Assembly: GCA_023398335.1 (NCBI GenBank)
Contig: JAEWSJ010000006.1
Location: 1,881 to 65,880, forward strand
Source: Bacillota bacterium
GTDB lineage: Bacteria > Bacillota_I > Bacilli_A > RFN20 > CAG-288
Direction of reading: 5' to 3'
Length of the DNA stretch: 64,000 nucleotides
The notes below the pieces were generated by a model. It was not told where the DNA came from. It saw nothing but the letters and a program-made list of their open reading frames with translations, and did not search any database. Position 1 is the first letter of the stretch, and every line of letters starts with the position of its first letter. A program made the position numbers and the translations under genes. Shown in pieces: positions 18,074-28,431 of this stretch.

Positions 18074-18077
18074 GTAC

Positions 18078-18104
18078 AAAAAAAGAACCTGAATTAACAG
18101 GTTC
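18078..18104 (-). terminator. Intrinsic terminator of rpmB (minus strand)
   Basis: GAACCTG-aattaa-CAGGTTC perfect hairpin, with a T7 run on the minus strand (A7 at 18078-18084 on plus). Confidence 0.7.
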
Positions 18105-18125
18105 TGATTTCTAGTAATTTAATAA

Positions 18126-18347
18126 TTAGTTAGCAGAGACTTCAGTTTTTTCTGCATTAACTTTATTAACTTTACGTAAAGTACGAAGAGCGGAAGTTGA
18201 AATTTTGACAGTTGTCATCTTTCCATTAACTTCGATTTTGGCTTTTTGTAAATTTACTCCCCATTTTCTTCTTGTAGCAATTAAAGAGTGGGAACGAGCA
18301 TTACCACTAACTGGATGTTTACCAGTTAAAGGACAATTTCTTGACAT
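18126..18347 (-). CDS. rpmB: 50S ribosomal protein L28
   Basis: 73 aa. MSRNCPLTGKHPVSGNARSHS...KWGVNLQK matches the L28 family. Confidence 0.9.
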   Translation of the reverse strand: MSRNCPLTGKHPVSGNARSHSLIATRRKWGVNLQKAKIEVNGKMTTVKISTSALRTLRKVNKVNAEKTEVSAN

Positions 18348-18455
18348 GAGAATACCTCCTTGAACACGCTTAGTAATTATAACAAATATTTATAATTAAT
18401 AGCAAGAAATTTTTAACATAAACGAAATTTAATTAACTTAGATCGGCCTTAAATT

Positions 18456-19739
18456 TTAGTAACCTGGCTTACCAAGTAATTTGAACATATTCTTTTTATA
18501 TACTTCAACACCAGGTTGATTAAATGGATTGATATCAAGTAAATAAGCGGAATAAGCACAAGCTCTCATAAAGAAGTAGAAGAGATTACCAAGATTGTAT
18601 GGTGTCATTTTCTTTATTGTTAATAAGTTTGCATCAGTATGACCGATAACTGTATGGGCGTTTAATGTTCCTTCAAAGGCTTTATCATTGATATATGATA
18701 ATTTTTTACCTGCGAGGAAATTAAGTCCATCAAGATTATCTTTATCTTCATTAACAACAACATCTTCAATTGGTTCTTCAGTTTTAATTATTGTTTCGAA
18801 CATTATTGGAGAACCTTCTTGAATGAATTGACCAACAGAGTGAAGATCAGTTGTAAATGTGACACTTCCTGGGAATATACCTTTGTTTTCTTTACCTTCT
18901 GATTCAGCAAATAATTGTTTTAACCATTCAGCAATAGAAGCAAATTGTGGCTCATAGGTTACAAATACTTCAACTGGATATCCTTCTTTATGAAGTAAAT
19001 ATCTTGTTGCACCATATTTATAAGCGGTGTTTTTTTCAAATGATGGAACAGAATATTCTTTCTCACCATCTCTAACACCTTGAACGAATTCTTTAATATC
19101 GATTCCAGCGCAAGCAATTGGTAATAAACCGACTGGAGTAATAACGGAGTATCTTCCACCGACATCATCAGGTATGACGAATTCTTCGTATCCTTCATCA
19201 TCTGATTCTTTCTTTAAAGCACCACGGGCTTTATCAGTGGTAGCAACAATCGCATCTTTAAGATATTCTTTACCAAAATTCTTTAGTAATAATTCTTTTA
19301 ATAAACGGAACGAAACAGAAGTTTCAGTAGTTGTTCCAGATTTAGATATAACATTGATAGCGAATTTTTTATCTTTTAAGTAATTTAATACTTGAGAAAT
19401 ATAGGTGCTAGATAAGGTGTTTCCAACAAAGATAATCTTAAAATCATCATCGTTGAACATTCCGTTAATTGCATCAATTGCAGCTTTAGCTCCTAAATAT
19501 GAGCCACCTATACCTGCAACGACTAAACAGTCGTAATTTTTTCTAATTCTTTTTGCACATTTAATAATTCTTTCAACTTCACTATCTGGAAGTTTTGATT
19601 CGTAATCTAACCAACCAAGGAAATCATTTCCTTGACCTGTACGATTATCAATCATCGAACAAATGTCGTTGTTTCTTTTTGAGACTTCATCGTAATTTAA
19701 TGCGGTAATCTTTTTACCATAGTGTTTTAAATTAACCAT
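18456..19739 (-). CDS. pgi: Glucose-6-phosphate isomerase
   Basis: 427 aa, short Firmicutes-type PGI with SIS domains and a conserved active-site region. Confidence 0.9.
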   Translation of the reverse strand: MVNLKHYGKKITALNYDEVSKRNNDICSMIDNRTGQGNDFLGWLDYESKLPDSEVERIIKCAKRIRKNYDCLVVAGIGGSYLGAKAAIDAINGMFNDDDFKIIFVGNTLSSTYISQVLNYLKDKKFAINVISKSGTTTETSVSFRLLKELLLKNFGKEYLKDAIVATTDKARGALKKESDDEGYEEFVIPDDVGGRYSVITPVGLLPIACAGIDIKEFVQGVRDGEKEYSVPSFEKNTAYKYGATRYLLHKEGYPVEVFVTYEPQFASIAEWLKQLFAESEGKENKGIFPGSVTFTTDLHSVGQFIQEGSPIMFETIIKTEEPIEDVVVNEDKDNLDGLNFLAGKKLSYINDKAFEGTLNAHTVIGHTDANLLTIKKMTPYNLGNLFYFFMRACAYSAYLLDINPFNQPGVEVYKKNMFKLLGKPGY

Positions 19740-20142
19740 TTTTTTTACCTAGCCTTTCATATTCCTTTTCTATTTGAGAGTTTAGCACTGATTTTGAATT
19801 TTCGAAAGAGTATTTTTTAATTATTGCAACATTAATTTGTTTGCGAGTTAAAGGTTTCCTATTTAGCACAATATTTTGTCTTGGCCGTTTGATAAATGCT
19901 TTTTTTAGTGACAACTGATAAGTATTTGGTTTATCACCGTATGCAATAATTATAACGTTGTAGTTTTGATCTTCTTTGAGAAAATTGTGAATGTTAGCGA
20001 TAAAACTATCGCTAATTTCTGAAATGTGAATTAATCCGCTTTGACCATTTGGCAATTGAGCAAACGCTCCAAAAGCGACAATGTTAGTTATCTTGGCGGA
20101 AACGATATCACCGATATTGTATTTTGTTATTGCTTCATTCAT
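19732..20142 (-). CDS. S1 RNA-binding domain protein (YabR/GSP13-like)
   Basis: 136 aa. S1 domain motif IGDIVSAKITNIVAFGAFAQL...GLIHISEIS. Confidence 0.7.
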   Translation of the reverse strand: MNEAITKYNIGDIVSAKITNIVAFGAFAQLPNGQSGLIHISEISDSFIANIHNFLKEDQNYNVIIIAYGDKPNTYQLSLKKAFIKRPRQNIVLNRKPLTRKQINVAIIKKYSFENSKSVLNSQIEKEYERLGKKNG

Positions 20143-20840
20143 AATTTTTTATCCTTTAAATAAATAATAACTAAATCAAGGGAATTCTTATCTGTAACTT
20201 TAATGTTACATGGATCTCCTTCAATATAATCAATGTTATCGTAAATTGTTTTTACGACACTTCCTTCATCAGTGAAAGATGATAGAGAATAACGATTTTT
20301 GATATAAGCATGTATCAATAAATCGAGATTGAATAATTGTGGGGTTTGAACAAGCCGTAGATTTTTTCTTTCGACGTATTTTCCTTCTTTGGTATCATAA
20401 ACCGAATCAGTTATGTTTAAATAAGGAATAACAGCGTAGTTCTTGCCATATGCATCATCAAGTCTTTTAAGAAGTTTTAAGGTTAATAGTGGTCGATCAG
20501 CATCGTGAACATAGACTTTTGAAGCTACTTTGTTAAGAGAAGGATAATTGATTTCAATATATCTTAGTGCTTTGTGAACTGATTCTTGACGAGAATCACC
20601 ACCAAAGACGATTTCGACCTTATCTATGATACCTTCACGTTCTAAGATTTGTTTCACTAAAGATAAATCGTCTTGAGGAATGACTAATATGTTAGTTTCA
20701 ATGCCATAATCGATAAATGTTTTTAATGAAAATAAAAACATTTCTTCGTTATTTGCAATAACGTGGAATTGTTTTTTCTTATTTAGGACTGAACTTAATC
20801 TTTCACCTTTTCCGGCTGCAACAATGATTGAAATATTCAT
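20139..20840 (-). CDS. ispD: 2-C-methyl-D-erythritol 4-phosphate cytidylyltransferase (IspD/TarI family)
   Basis: 233 aa, colinear with E. coli IspD. VAAGKGERL (P-loop-like), FGGDSRQESV, VHDADRP and QTPQLF are all present. ispF is present elsewhere in the window. Confidence 0.75.
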   Translation of the reverse strand: MNISIIVAAGKGERLSSVLNKKKQFHVIANNEEMFLFSLKTFIDYGIETNILVIPQDDLSLVKQILEREGIIDKVEIVFGGDSRQESVHKALRYIEINYPSLNKVASKVYVHDADRPLLTLKLLKRLDDAYGKNYAVIPYLNITDSVYDTKEGKYVERKNLRLVQTPQLFNLDLLIHAYIKNRYSLSSFTDEGSVVKTIYDNIDYIEGDPCNIKVTDKNSLDLVIIYLKDKKL

Positions 20841-20938
20841 ACGCTGATATTATATCATGAATGTTTTTTGATAAAATATATTTTAGTATTAAAATCTGCT
20901 AAAATCGTGTAAAATAATGAGGTGGTAAAGGAGAGTTT

Positions 20939-21463
20939 ATGAGTGCTTGGATTATTGCCTTAATCGTAATCGCGGTTGTTTTTGTCGTTTATTTACTAAT
21001 GGGCTATTTATTCTATTTCTTAATGAAGAAGAAATCGAAAGTAGTCGATAGTGAAATGATGAAACTAAACGATCATGAGGTTGCGGACGGAAAAAGAATA
21101 TTAAGTATAATTGACAAACTTACTAAGGCCAAGTATTCCTTTGATAAAGAGGCGTATGAGGAAATTAGTAAAGGTGTTAATAACATATCTTCACTTAATA
21201 TGAATGAGAGATCAAAATACAAGAATGTTATTGATTTCGTTTCTGTCTATCTTTATAAAGTATATAAAGAAGATAAAAAATACGGTAGCAATATATCCAG
21301 TGATGATGCAGCGTTTCTGCTTAGCAAAAGAGAATTAAACAGCGATGTTTACAAGTCTTATAATGCTGCAGCAACTGCGTACAATATATATCTACAAATG
21401 TTTTGTACAAAATTCGTACTTTTTATTAAGAGAGAGAAGTACGCTAATGCTATCATCTTTTAA
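20939..21463 (+). CDS. LemA-family membrane protein (putative)
   Basis: 174 aa. N-terminal TM helix, then a C-terminal Y..YN....YN.Y...F pattern reminiscent of LemA. Confidence 0.4.
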   Translation: MSAWIIALIVIAVVFVVYLLMGYLFYFLMKKKSKVVDSEMMKLNDHEVADGKRILSIIDKLTKAKYSFDKEAYEEISKGVNNISSLNMNERSKYKNVIDFVSVYLYKVYKEDKKYGSNISSDDAAFLLSKRELNSDVYKSYNAAATAYNIYLQMFCTKFVLFIKREKYANAIIF

Positions 21464-21513
21464 TTCATAACTAGTCTTTTATTGTATAATTGTTAACGGA
21501 GGAAAGTATTAAT

Positions 21514-23142
21514 ATGAAAGATACACCAATAAAAAGAAAACCAGTCATTTTATGTATTATGGATGGCTATGGTTTAAGAAATGAGAATTTCGGAAATGCA
21601 GTTAATCAAGCTAATAAGCCACATTTAGATGACTTCTTTGCTAATTATCCATGTACTAAAATCGAGGCTAGCGGTGAAGCTGTTGGCTTACCAGAAGGTC
21701 AAATGGGTAATTCAGAAGTAGGTCATATGAATATGGGAGCTGGTAGAGTTGTTTATCAATCTTTAACTCTTATTACTAAGAATATTAAAGATGGGACATT
21801 CTTTACAAACGAACATTATTTACATGCTATTAATAATGCTAAAGCAACAAATCAAAAATTACATATCTTTGGTTTAATGTCAGATGGTGGAGTTCACTCT
21901 CACATCAAACATATTTTAGCGATGATTGATATGTGCAAAATGCATGATATTGGTAAAGATCAATTATGTATTCATTGCTTCCTTGATGGTAGAGATGTTG
22001 GCCCAGAAACAGCGGCAAAATATATCGATATGATAGATGAAAAAATCAAAGAAACCGGTATTGGTCATATTTGTTCTATTCATGGTAGATACTATGTTAT
22101 GGATAGAGATAAGAATATGGATCGTGTTGATAAGTCTTATCGTGTTTTTACTTTAAGAGAGGGTAATACTTTTGATGATTATCACGCTTATTTAAAGTCT
22201 CAATATGAAGAGTTAGTTAAACAAGGTAAATCCGCTTCTGATGAATTTGTTATTCCTGCTTATAATCCAAAATACGACGGCAAAATTGAAGATGGTGATT
22301 CAATCATCTTTATGAACTATCGTCCAGATAGAGCAATTCAAATTTCAACTCTTATTACTAATCCTACTTTCTACGAACATCCTTCAGTTAACAAAGATGG
22401 CACACTTGCTTTTAAAGCCTATGTTGCTCCAGTCAAACTTAAAAATATAACTTATGTTTGTACGATGAAATACGCTGATTCTGTAAAAGGTGAAATCGCC
22501 TTTGTTTTACCAAAGATCACAAATTCTTTAGGTGAATTTTTAGCTAACAATGGCTATACTCAACTTCGTATTGCTGAAACTGAAAAGTATGCTCACGTTA
22601 CTTTCTTCTTCGATGGTACAGTCAACTTTGATGGTGTTGAAAAACCGGAATTAAAAGGCTCAAGAAGAGTTCTTATTCCTTCACCAAAAGTTGCAACATA
22701 TGATTTACAACCTGAAATGTCCGCTCCAAAAATACTTGAAGCGTTATTAAATGAATTAGATAAGAACGATTTAGACGTTGTTATCTTAAATTTTGCAAAC
22801 TGCGATATGGTTGGCCATACAGCAGTAATGCCAGCAGTTATAAAAGCTGTTGAAACTGTAGATCAATGTGTTGGTAAAATCTTAGAATACCTTGATAAAA
22901 ATGGTGGAACCTTACTCCTTACCGCTGATCATGGTAACGCTGAACAATGCATAGACGATTGTGGTGAACCAATGACAAAACATACCACATCACTTGTTCC
23001 ATTCTGCATCAATGATAAATCTTTCAAATTGAGAGATGGTGGCGCATTATGTGACATTGCTCCAACAATTTTAGAACTTATTGGAGCTAAACAACCTGAA
23101 GAAATGACAGGAGAATCATTATTAATAAAAAAGGAGAACTAA
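21514..23142 (+). CDS. gpmI: 2,3-bisphosphoglycerate-independent phosphoglycerate mutase
   Basis: 542 aa from MKDTPIKRKPVILCIMDGYG (RBS GGAGG upstream). The alternative ATG at 21490 lacks an RBS. Metalloenzyme superfamily motifs are present. Confidence 0.9.
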   Translation: MKDTPIKRKPVILCIMDGYGLRNENFGNAVNQANKPHLDDFFANYPCTKIEASGEAVGLPEGQMGNSEVGHMNMGAGRVVYQSLTLITKNIKDGTFFTNEHYLHAINNAKATNQKLHIFGLMSDGGVHSHIKHILAMIDMCKMHDIGKDQLCIHCFLDGRDVGPETAAKYIDMIDEKIKETGIGHICSIHGRYYVMDRDKNMDRVDKSYRVFTLREGNTFDDYHAYLKSQYEELVKQGKSASDEFVIPAYNPKYDGKIEDGDSIIFMNYRPDRAIQISTLITNPTFYEHPSVNKDGTLAFKAYVAPVKLKNITYVCTMKYADSVKGEIAFVLPKITNSLGEFLANNGYTQLRIAETEKYAHVTFFFDGTVNFDGVEKPELKGSRRVLIPSPKVATYDLQPEMSAPKILEALLNELDKNDLDVVILNFANCDMVGHTAVMPAVIKAVETVDQCVGKILEYLDKNGGTLLLTADHGNAEQCIDDCGEPMTKHTTSLVPFCINDKSFKLRDGGALCDIAPTILELIGAKQPEEMTGESLLIKKEN

Positions 23143-23145
23143 TAA

Positions 23146-23679
23146 ATGAATCCATGGAAAGATATTAATCCAGAATTAATCAATCCAGAACAATTTATCT
23201 CAGTAATTGAGATTACAAAAGGTTCAAAAAATAAATACGAATTAGATAAACAAACTGGTTTATTGAAATTAGATAGAGTCTTATATACTGCTACTCATTA
23301 TCCGGCAAACTATGGTTTTATCCCATTAACTTATGCAGAAGATAACGATCCACTTGATGTTTTATTACTATCATCTGAGCCGATTATTCCTTTAACTCTA
23401 GTTCAATCAAAACCAATTGGTATGTTAGAAATGATCGATCAAGGACAAAGAGATGTTAAAATCATCGCTGTTTGCCCACAAGATCCTTTCTATGCTAATT
23501 ACAACGATATTAAAGAATTACCTCAGCATATCTTCGATGAAATTGTATATTTCTTTGAAACATACAAGAAATTAGAAGGCAAGGAAACTAGTGTTCCAGG
23601 CGTTGCTTCTAAAGAAGAAGCACTTAAGGTAATTGCTAAAAATATTCAAGATTACAAAGATAAATTTGGTATTAAATAA
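23146..23679 (+). CDS. ppa: Inorganic pyrophosphatase (family I)
   Basis: 177 aa. Conserved family I PPase signature around DPLDVLLL. Confidence 0.9.
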   Translation: MNPWKDINPELINPEQFISVIEITKGSKNKYELDKQTGLLKLDRVLYTATHYPANYGFIPLTYAEDNDPLDVLLLSSEPIIPLTLVQSKPIGMLEMIDQGQRDVKIIAVCPQDPFYANYNDIKELPQHIFDEIVYFFETYKKLEGKETSVPGVASKEEALKVIAKNIQDYKDKFGIK

Positions 23680-23695
23680 GAAAGAAGGTATATAG

Positions 23696-24331
23696 ATGAA
23701 ATTATTTATTGATACAGCAAACATCGAAGAAATTCGTGAGGCTGCTAGTTATGGCGTAATTAAAGGTGTTACTACAAACCCATCCTTAATTGCTAAAGAA
23801 GGTAGAAATTTAGAAGATGTTATTAAAGAAATCGTTTCTTTAGTCAACGGTCCTATTTCTGCTGAAGTTGCTGAAGGTAAAGCTGAAGATATGATTGCTC
23901 AAGCTAAAGAACTTGTCAAAATCCATAAAAATATAGTTATTAAGTTACCTATGACTATGGATGGAATTAAGGCTTGTAAAGCTTTAACAGATGAAGGCAT
24001 TCATACAAATGTAACTTTGGTTTTCTCAGTACATCAAGCTTTATTAGCGTTTGAAGCAGGTGCAACATTCGTTTCACCATTTATGGGAAGAATGGATGAT
24101 GCTGGTTTTGATGCCAATAAACTTATTGAAGATATTGTCAAAGTTAGAAATAACTTTGGATATAAGACTGAAATTATTTCAGCTTCAATTAGAAATCTCG
24201 AGCACATTAATTCCGCTTCTTTAGCTGGAAGTGATATTGCCACGATTCCATTTAAAGTATTCATGAAAATGGTTGATCACCCTTTAACTAAAGCTGGCCT
24301 TCAAATATTTGCAGACGCATCTAAGAAATAA
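23696..24331 (+). CDS. tal: Transaldolase / fructose-6-phosphate aldolase (short Tal/FSA subfamily)
   Basis: 211 aa. DTANIEEIR, Schiff-base Lys region (VIKLPMT) and VSPFMGR. Confidence 0.85.
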   Translation: MKLFIDTANIEEIREAASYGVIKGVTTNPSLIAKEGRNLEDVIKEIVSLVNGPISAEVAEGKAEDMIAQAKELVKIHKNIVIKLPMTMDGIKACKALTDEGIHTNVTLVFSVHQALLAFEAGATFVSPFMGRMDDAGFDANKLIEDIVKVRNNFGYKTEIISASIRNLEHINSASLAGSDIATIPFKVFMKMVDHPLTKAGLQIFADASKK

Positions 24332-24338
24332 TTAATTA

Positions 24339-24368
24339 AGTTTCTCTTGTAAAAGGGAAACTTTTTTT
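24339..24368 (+). terminator. Intrinsic terminator after tal
   Basis: AGTTTCTC...GGGAAACT hairpin followed by a T7 run. Confidence 0.6.
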
Positions 24369-24491
24369 AGAATTTTTGAATATATATTAAAATAATGCAC
24401 GAAAATTATTAAGAAAACGCTTTCTTATATTAATTGTCTATTTTTTTACTATTTATAAATATATAATTAAAATAGAAAAGGTGGACTCCAA

Positions 24492-25049
24492 ATGAAAGAA
24501 ATAATTTTAAGTTCAGAACAGCTTCAAGAAATTGAAAAATCTTTAGGAAAACAAATTTCAGACAGATTTAGAAATTCAGATTCATTACCGGTATTTGTTG
24601 GTGTTATGAAGGGCGCATTGAACTTCATGATGGATTTAATTAAATATGTCGATGTTCCAATGGTTACAGATTATATTCAAATTAGTTCTTATGAAGGCAC
24701 TGAGTCAACTGGAATTATTCATTTGAAGAAAGATCTTACTCTTGATGTTACTAATAGAAGTATTATTATCATTGAAGATGTAATTGATACAGGTTTTTCA
24801 CTTCATTATTTGAAGAATTATTTCATTAATAAATTTCATCCGAAAGAAGTTATTATTTGCTGCTTAATTGACAAACAAGCTTCAAGAAAAATCGATACTA
24901 AAGTAGATTATGTTGGTTATACTTTAAAAGAGAATAAATTCCTTATGGGGTATGGTCTAGATTACAATGAATTATGCCGTAATATTAATTGTGTTTATGT
25001 TCCTGAACCAGAAGAAATTAAAGAATACGATCGACTTTTAACTAAATAA
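24492..25049 (+). CDS. hpt: Hypoxanthine(-guanine) phosphoribosyltransferase
   Basis: 185 aa. PRPP-binding motif IIIIEDVIDTGFSL. Confidence 0.9.
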   Translation: MKEIILSSEQLQEIEKSLGKQISDRFRNSDSLPVFVGVMKGALNFMMDLIKYVDVPMVTDYIQISSYEGTESTGIIHLKKDLTLDVTNRSIIIIEDVIDTGFSLHYLKNYFINKFHPKEVIICCLIDKQASRKIDTKVDYVGYTLKENKFLMGYGLDYNELCRNINCVYVPEPEEIKEYDRLLTK

Positions 25050-25057
25050 TAATATAC

Positions 25058-25088
25058 GTCGCTGAATAATTAATCAGCGGCTTTTTAA
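25058..25088 (+). terminator. Intrinsic terminator after hpt
   Basis: CGCTGA-ataattaa-TCAGCG hairpin followed by GCTTTTT. Confidence 0.6.
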
Positions 25089-25288
25089 GTCGAAATATCT
25101 TTAATTTTTTATTGCTATATTTATTACAAAGGCATATGTTGACAAAATGCTATTTGTTTTCTTTTTAAAATATGTTATATTCTTAATTGCGCCTGAAAGC
25201 CCTTTATTTAAGATTATGTTCAATTCTTATGAAAATACCAGTTTCATGATGAATTAATTAATCTCAGGTGTGCTAAGATGGAGAAAAT

Positions 25289-25780
25289 ATGAATTTAAGT
25301 AGAAAGTCTTTTATAATTAAGACTTCTATTGACAATTTTATTGTTGCTGCTGCTATGTCGATTACTGCATCTATTCTATCAAATGTGTGGGATATGATGA
25401 CTGTATGGTGTATTCCATTTTCCTTTGCGCTTAGTTGGATCTTAACTTTAGTTATTCCTTCTGGAAAAATATGCAATTGGTTCAGTGGACTATTTAAAAT
25501 CAAGCCTAACACAGTTGCATCTGATTTAGTCGGTGGTTTATTAACTAACGTTTATATTACCGCTATATTATCATTTGCCTGTAAAACTTTAGTGTTCTTT
25601 GCTGATTGGAGTTTGGTTATTCCATGCTTCCTTGAGACGTTTGGTATTATGTATGCTGTATCGTATGTGATTTTTGAAGCATCATTCTATTTGTCAATGA
25701 AATTAGGTATCTTTATTGACAAAAAGGACGCTATAAGAAGACAAGAAAATTGTTCTGTAGAAGTTACACCTCAAAAGTAA
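25289..25780 (+). CDS. Hypothetical membrane protein
   Basis: 163 aa with 4 predicted TM helices. No recognised motifs. Confidence 0.45.
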   Translation: MNLSRKSFIIKTSIDNFIVAAAMSITASILSNVWDMMTVWCIPFSFALSWILTLVIPSGKICNWFSGLFKIKPNTVASDLVGGLLTNVYITAILSFACKTLVFFADWSLVIPCFLETFGIMYAVSYVIFEASFYLSMKLGIFIDKKDAIRRQENCSVEVTPQK

Positions 25781-25810
25781 AAAAAGATTGGAGTGACCAA
25801 TCTTTTTTCT

Positions 25811-26911
25811 TTAGTTAAATTCTTTGTTAACAGCTTCGAGAGCGGCATTAATTACGAGGTGCATATCGAAGTATTTATATAAACCTAAACGACCACCGAA
25901 GATAACATTTGGATATTTCTTTGCTTCTTCAACGTATTTTTGATAAAGAGAATTATTTTTATCGTTATTTACTGGATAGTATTGTTCCATGCCAAGCTTC
26001 CATGTGATAGGATATTCACGAGTAATAATGGTTTTATCCGAAATGGAATTTTCAAAATGCTTATGCTCAATAATACGAGTGAATGGAATTTCATACTCCG
26101 TATAATTAATTACGGCGTTTCCTTGATAGTTTGGTTTATTTAATGTTTCTTCTTCAAATCTTAATGAACGATATTCAAGTGGCCCAAATTTGTAAGAGAA
26201 GAATTCATCAATACAACCGGTAAATATAACTTTATTTGCGAGAGAAGATAATTCTTCTTTATGTTCGAAATAATCGTAGTTTAATTTTACTTCAATACCA
26301 TCTAGCATTTTCTCGATGATTTTAGTATATCCACCTTCTGGTATACCTTGATATTTATCATTGAAATAGTTGTTATCAAAGGTGAAACGAATTGGTAATC
26401 TTTTAATAATAAAAGAAGGTAATTCGGTTGCTTTTGTTCCCCATTGTTTTTCCGTGTATCCTTTAACGAGAGTTTCATAGACATCACGACCTACTAAACT
26501 TAAAGCTTGTTCTTCTAAGTTCGTTGGAGTAACGATGTTTTCTTTCTTAATTTGATTTTCAATTATTTGTTTTACTTTTTCAGGATCTTTTTCACCCCAT
26601 AATTCATAGAAAGTATTCATATTGAATGGCATTGAGTATAATTTGCCTTTATAGTTTGCTTTTGGACAATTGGTAAAACGGTTAAATTCAGCAAATTGAT
26701 TTATATATTCCCAAATTGATTTATCAGAAGTGTGGAAAATATGAGCGCCATATTTATGGACGTTTATTCCTTCTTCTTTTTGAGTGTAGATATTGCCTGC
26801 AATATTATTTCTCTTCTCAATTACTAAAACTTTTTTATTTCTTTTTTTGGCTTCATAAGCAAATATCGCCCCAAATAAGCCAGAACCAACGACTAGATAA
26901 TCATATTTCAT
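25811..26911 (-). CDS. glf: UDP-galactopyranose mutase
   Basis: 366 aa. N-terminal FAD-binding GxGxxG (DYLVVGSGLFGAIFAYE) and Glf-family conserved blocks (NYQGNAVINYTE, YPVNN). Confidence 0.85.
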   Translation of the reverse strand: MKYDYLVVGSGLFGAIFAYEAKKRNKKVLVIEKRNNIAGNIYTQKEEGINVHKYGAHIFHTSDKSIWEYINQFAEFNRFTNCPKANYKGKLYSMPFNMNTFYELWGEKDPEKVKQIIENQIKKENIVTPTNLEEQALSLVGRDVYETLVKGYTEKQWGTKATELPSFIIKRLPIRFTFDNNYFNDKYQGIPEGGYTKIIEKMLDGIEVKLNYDYFEHKEELSSLANKVIFTGCIDEFFSYKFGPLEYRSLRFEEETLNKPNYQGNAVINYTEYEIPFTRIIEHKHFENSISDKTIITREYPITWKLGMEQYYPVNNDKNNSLYQKYVEEAKKYPNVIFGGRLGLYKYFDMHLVINAALEAVNKEFN

Positions 26912-27031
26912 TTGATAATGTGCTCCTTAAGAATAATATTAACATATCTTATAAAATCATTCATTAGTTTAATGAATTGTTAACTGATAATTTACATGCT
27001 ATATTGTAGGTAGAAGAAAGGCGGAAAAGTT

Positions 27032-28393
27032 ATGGATGTATTTGAACTTTTTAACAGTCAAAGAAATTATTACCTTAAAGGTGGTACAAAGTCTTACGAG
27101 TTTAGAATGAACAGTCTAATTAAGCTTAAATCAGTGATGAAAATACATGAGAAAGATTTATATGAGGCTTTAAAACTTGATCTTAACAAGTCAGAACAAG
27201 AAGCGTATATGACTGAAATAGGTCTTGTATATGAAGATATTTCATATGCATTAAAGCATTTGAAGAAATGGATGAAAGTTAAAAAGGTCAAAGCTCCTTT
27301 AGCAATGTATCCATCTTCATGTTATATCTATCGTGAACCATATGGAGTAACATTAGTAATGTCTCCTTGGAACTATCCGGTGTTATTAACGCTTCAACCG
27401 GTCGTTGGCGCGATTGAAGGAGGCAATACATGTATTATTCGTCCTTCTTCACAAACTCCAAATGTCGCTCAAGTTATCTTTCAGATAATAGAAGAAGCCT
27501 TCAACAAAGAGTATATCTATTGTGTATTAGGTAGTAGAGAAGTTGCAGATCAATTATTCGAACAAGATTTTGACTTAATTTTCTTTACCGGTTCACCACA
27601 TATCGGTAAAAAAGTATTATCGTGCGCTGCTAATCATTTAACTCCGTGTGTTCTTGAACTGGGTGGTAAATCTCCTTGTATAGTTACAGAGAAGGCTAAT
27701 ATTAGTCTTGCTGCTCGTCGAATTGTGTTTGGTAAGACGATTAACTCAGGTCAAACTTGTGTTGCACCAGATTACCTTGTCGTTCATGAAAGTAAGAGAG
27801 AGGAATTAATTAAAGCAATAAAGGCGGAGATTTTACTTCAATTCCCAAAAGGTATGTTAAACGATGATTCATATCCAAAAATTATTTCGACTTCAGCTTT
27901 TGAAAGATTAACCTATTTAATTAGTAAAGAAAAAGTTATATATGGTGGAAAGAATGATGGAAAGAGAATCGAATTAACTTTAGTTGATGCGACTTTTGAT
28001 TCAGTGATAATGGAGGATGAAATCTTCGGACCGATTTTACCAATATTAACATATAATAATGAAGACGATTTAATCTCTACAATTAATTCAAGACCAACAC
28101 CATTAGCGTGTTATGTTTATACTGATTCTAAAACTCAAGAGAAGAAAATTATTAACGCAATTCCGTTTGGTGGTGGTTGTGTTAATGATTGTTTGGTTCA
28201 TTTATCGGCGTCGTCTTTACCTTTCGGGGGATTAAAGCAATCGGGAATGGGTCAATATCATGGTAGAAGATCATTTGAGACTTTCACCCATTTTAAGCCA
28301 ATATTAAAACATAAAACATGGCTTGATATTAGCTTTAGATATCATCCGTTTAGTGAAAAGAAGAAAAGTTGGATAAAGAAGTTTATTAAGTAA
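27032..28393 (+). CDS. Aldehyde dehydrogenase (ALDH3/YwdH-like, NAD(P)+)
   Basis: 453 aa. Catalytic Glu (ELGGKSP) and Cys (GQTCVAPDY) motifs are present. Confidence 0.85.
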   Translation: MDVFELFNSQRNYYLKGGTKSYEFRMNSLIKLKSVMKIHEKDLYEALKLDLNKSEQEAYMTEIGLVYEDISYALKHLKKWMKVKKVKAPLAMYPSSCYIYREPYGVTLVMSPWNYPVLLTLQPVVGAIEGGNTCIIRPSSQTPNVAQVIFQIIEEAFNKEYIYCVLGSREVADQLFEQDFDLIFFTGSPHIGKKVLSCAANHLTPCVLELGGKSPCIVTEKANISLAARRIVFGKTINSGQTCVAPDYLVVHESKREELIKAIKAEILLQFPKGMLNDDSYPKIISTSAFERLTYLISKEKVIYGGKNDGKRIELTLVDATFDSVIMEDEIFGPILPILTYNNEDDLISTINSRPTPLACYVYTDSKTQEKKIINAIPFGGGCVNDCLVHLSASSLPFGGLKQSGMGQYHGRRSFETFTHFKPILKHKTWLDISFRYHPFSEKKKSWIKKFIK

Positions 28394-28398
28394 GTAAA

Positions 28399-28431
28399 TA
28401 AGAGCCTAGAGAGAAATCTCCAGACTCTTTT
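28399..28431. terminator. Possible bidirectional terminator between the convergent aldH and acyltransferase genes
   Basis: Imperfect 12-bp stem (AAGAGCCTAGAG / CTCCAGACTCTT, two mismatches) with a short T4 run. Confidence 0.25.

Noticed and set aside
24369-24491. Purine riboswitch upstream of hpt
   Set aside because: The 120-bp AT-rich leader lacks the conserved P1-P2-P3 junction sequences. hpt is not normally riboswitch-controlled.
25139-25180. TTGACA at 25139 as a promoter for the membrane protein gene at 25289
   Set aside because: No acceptable -10 hexamer lies at 16-18 bp spacing. The nearest TA-rich hexamers are 3 or 21 bp away.
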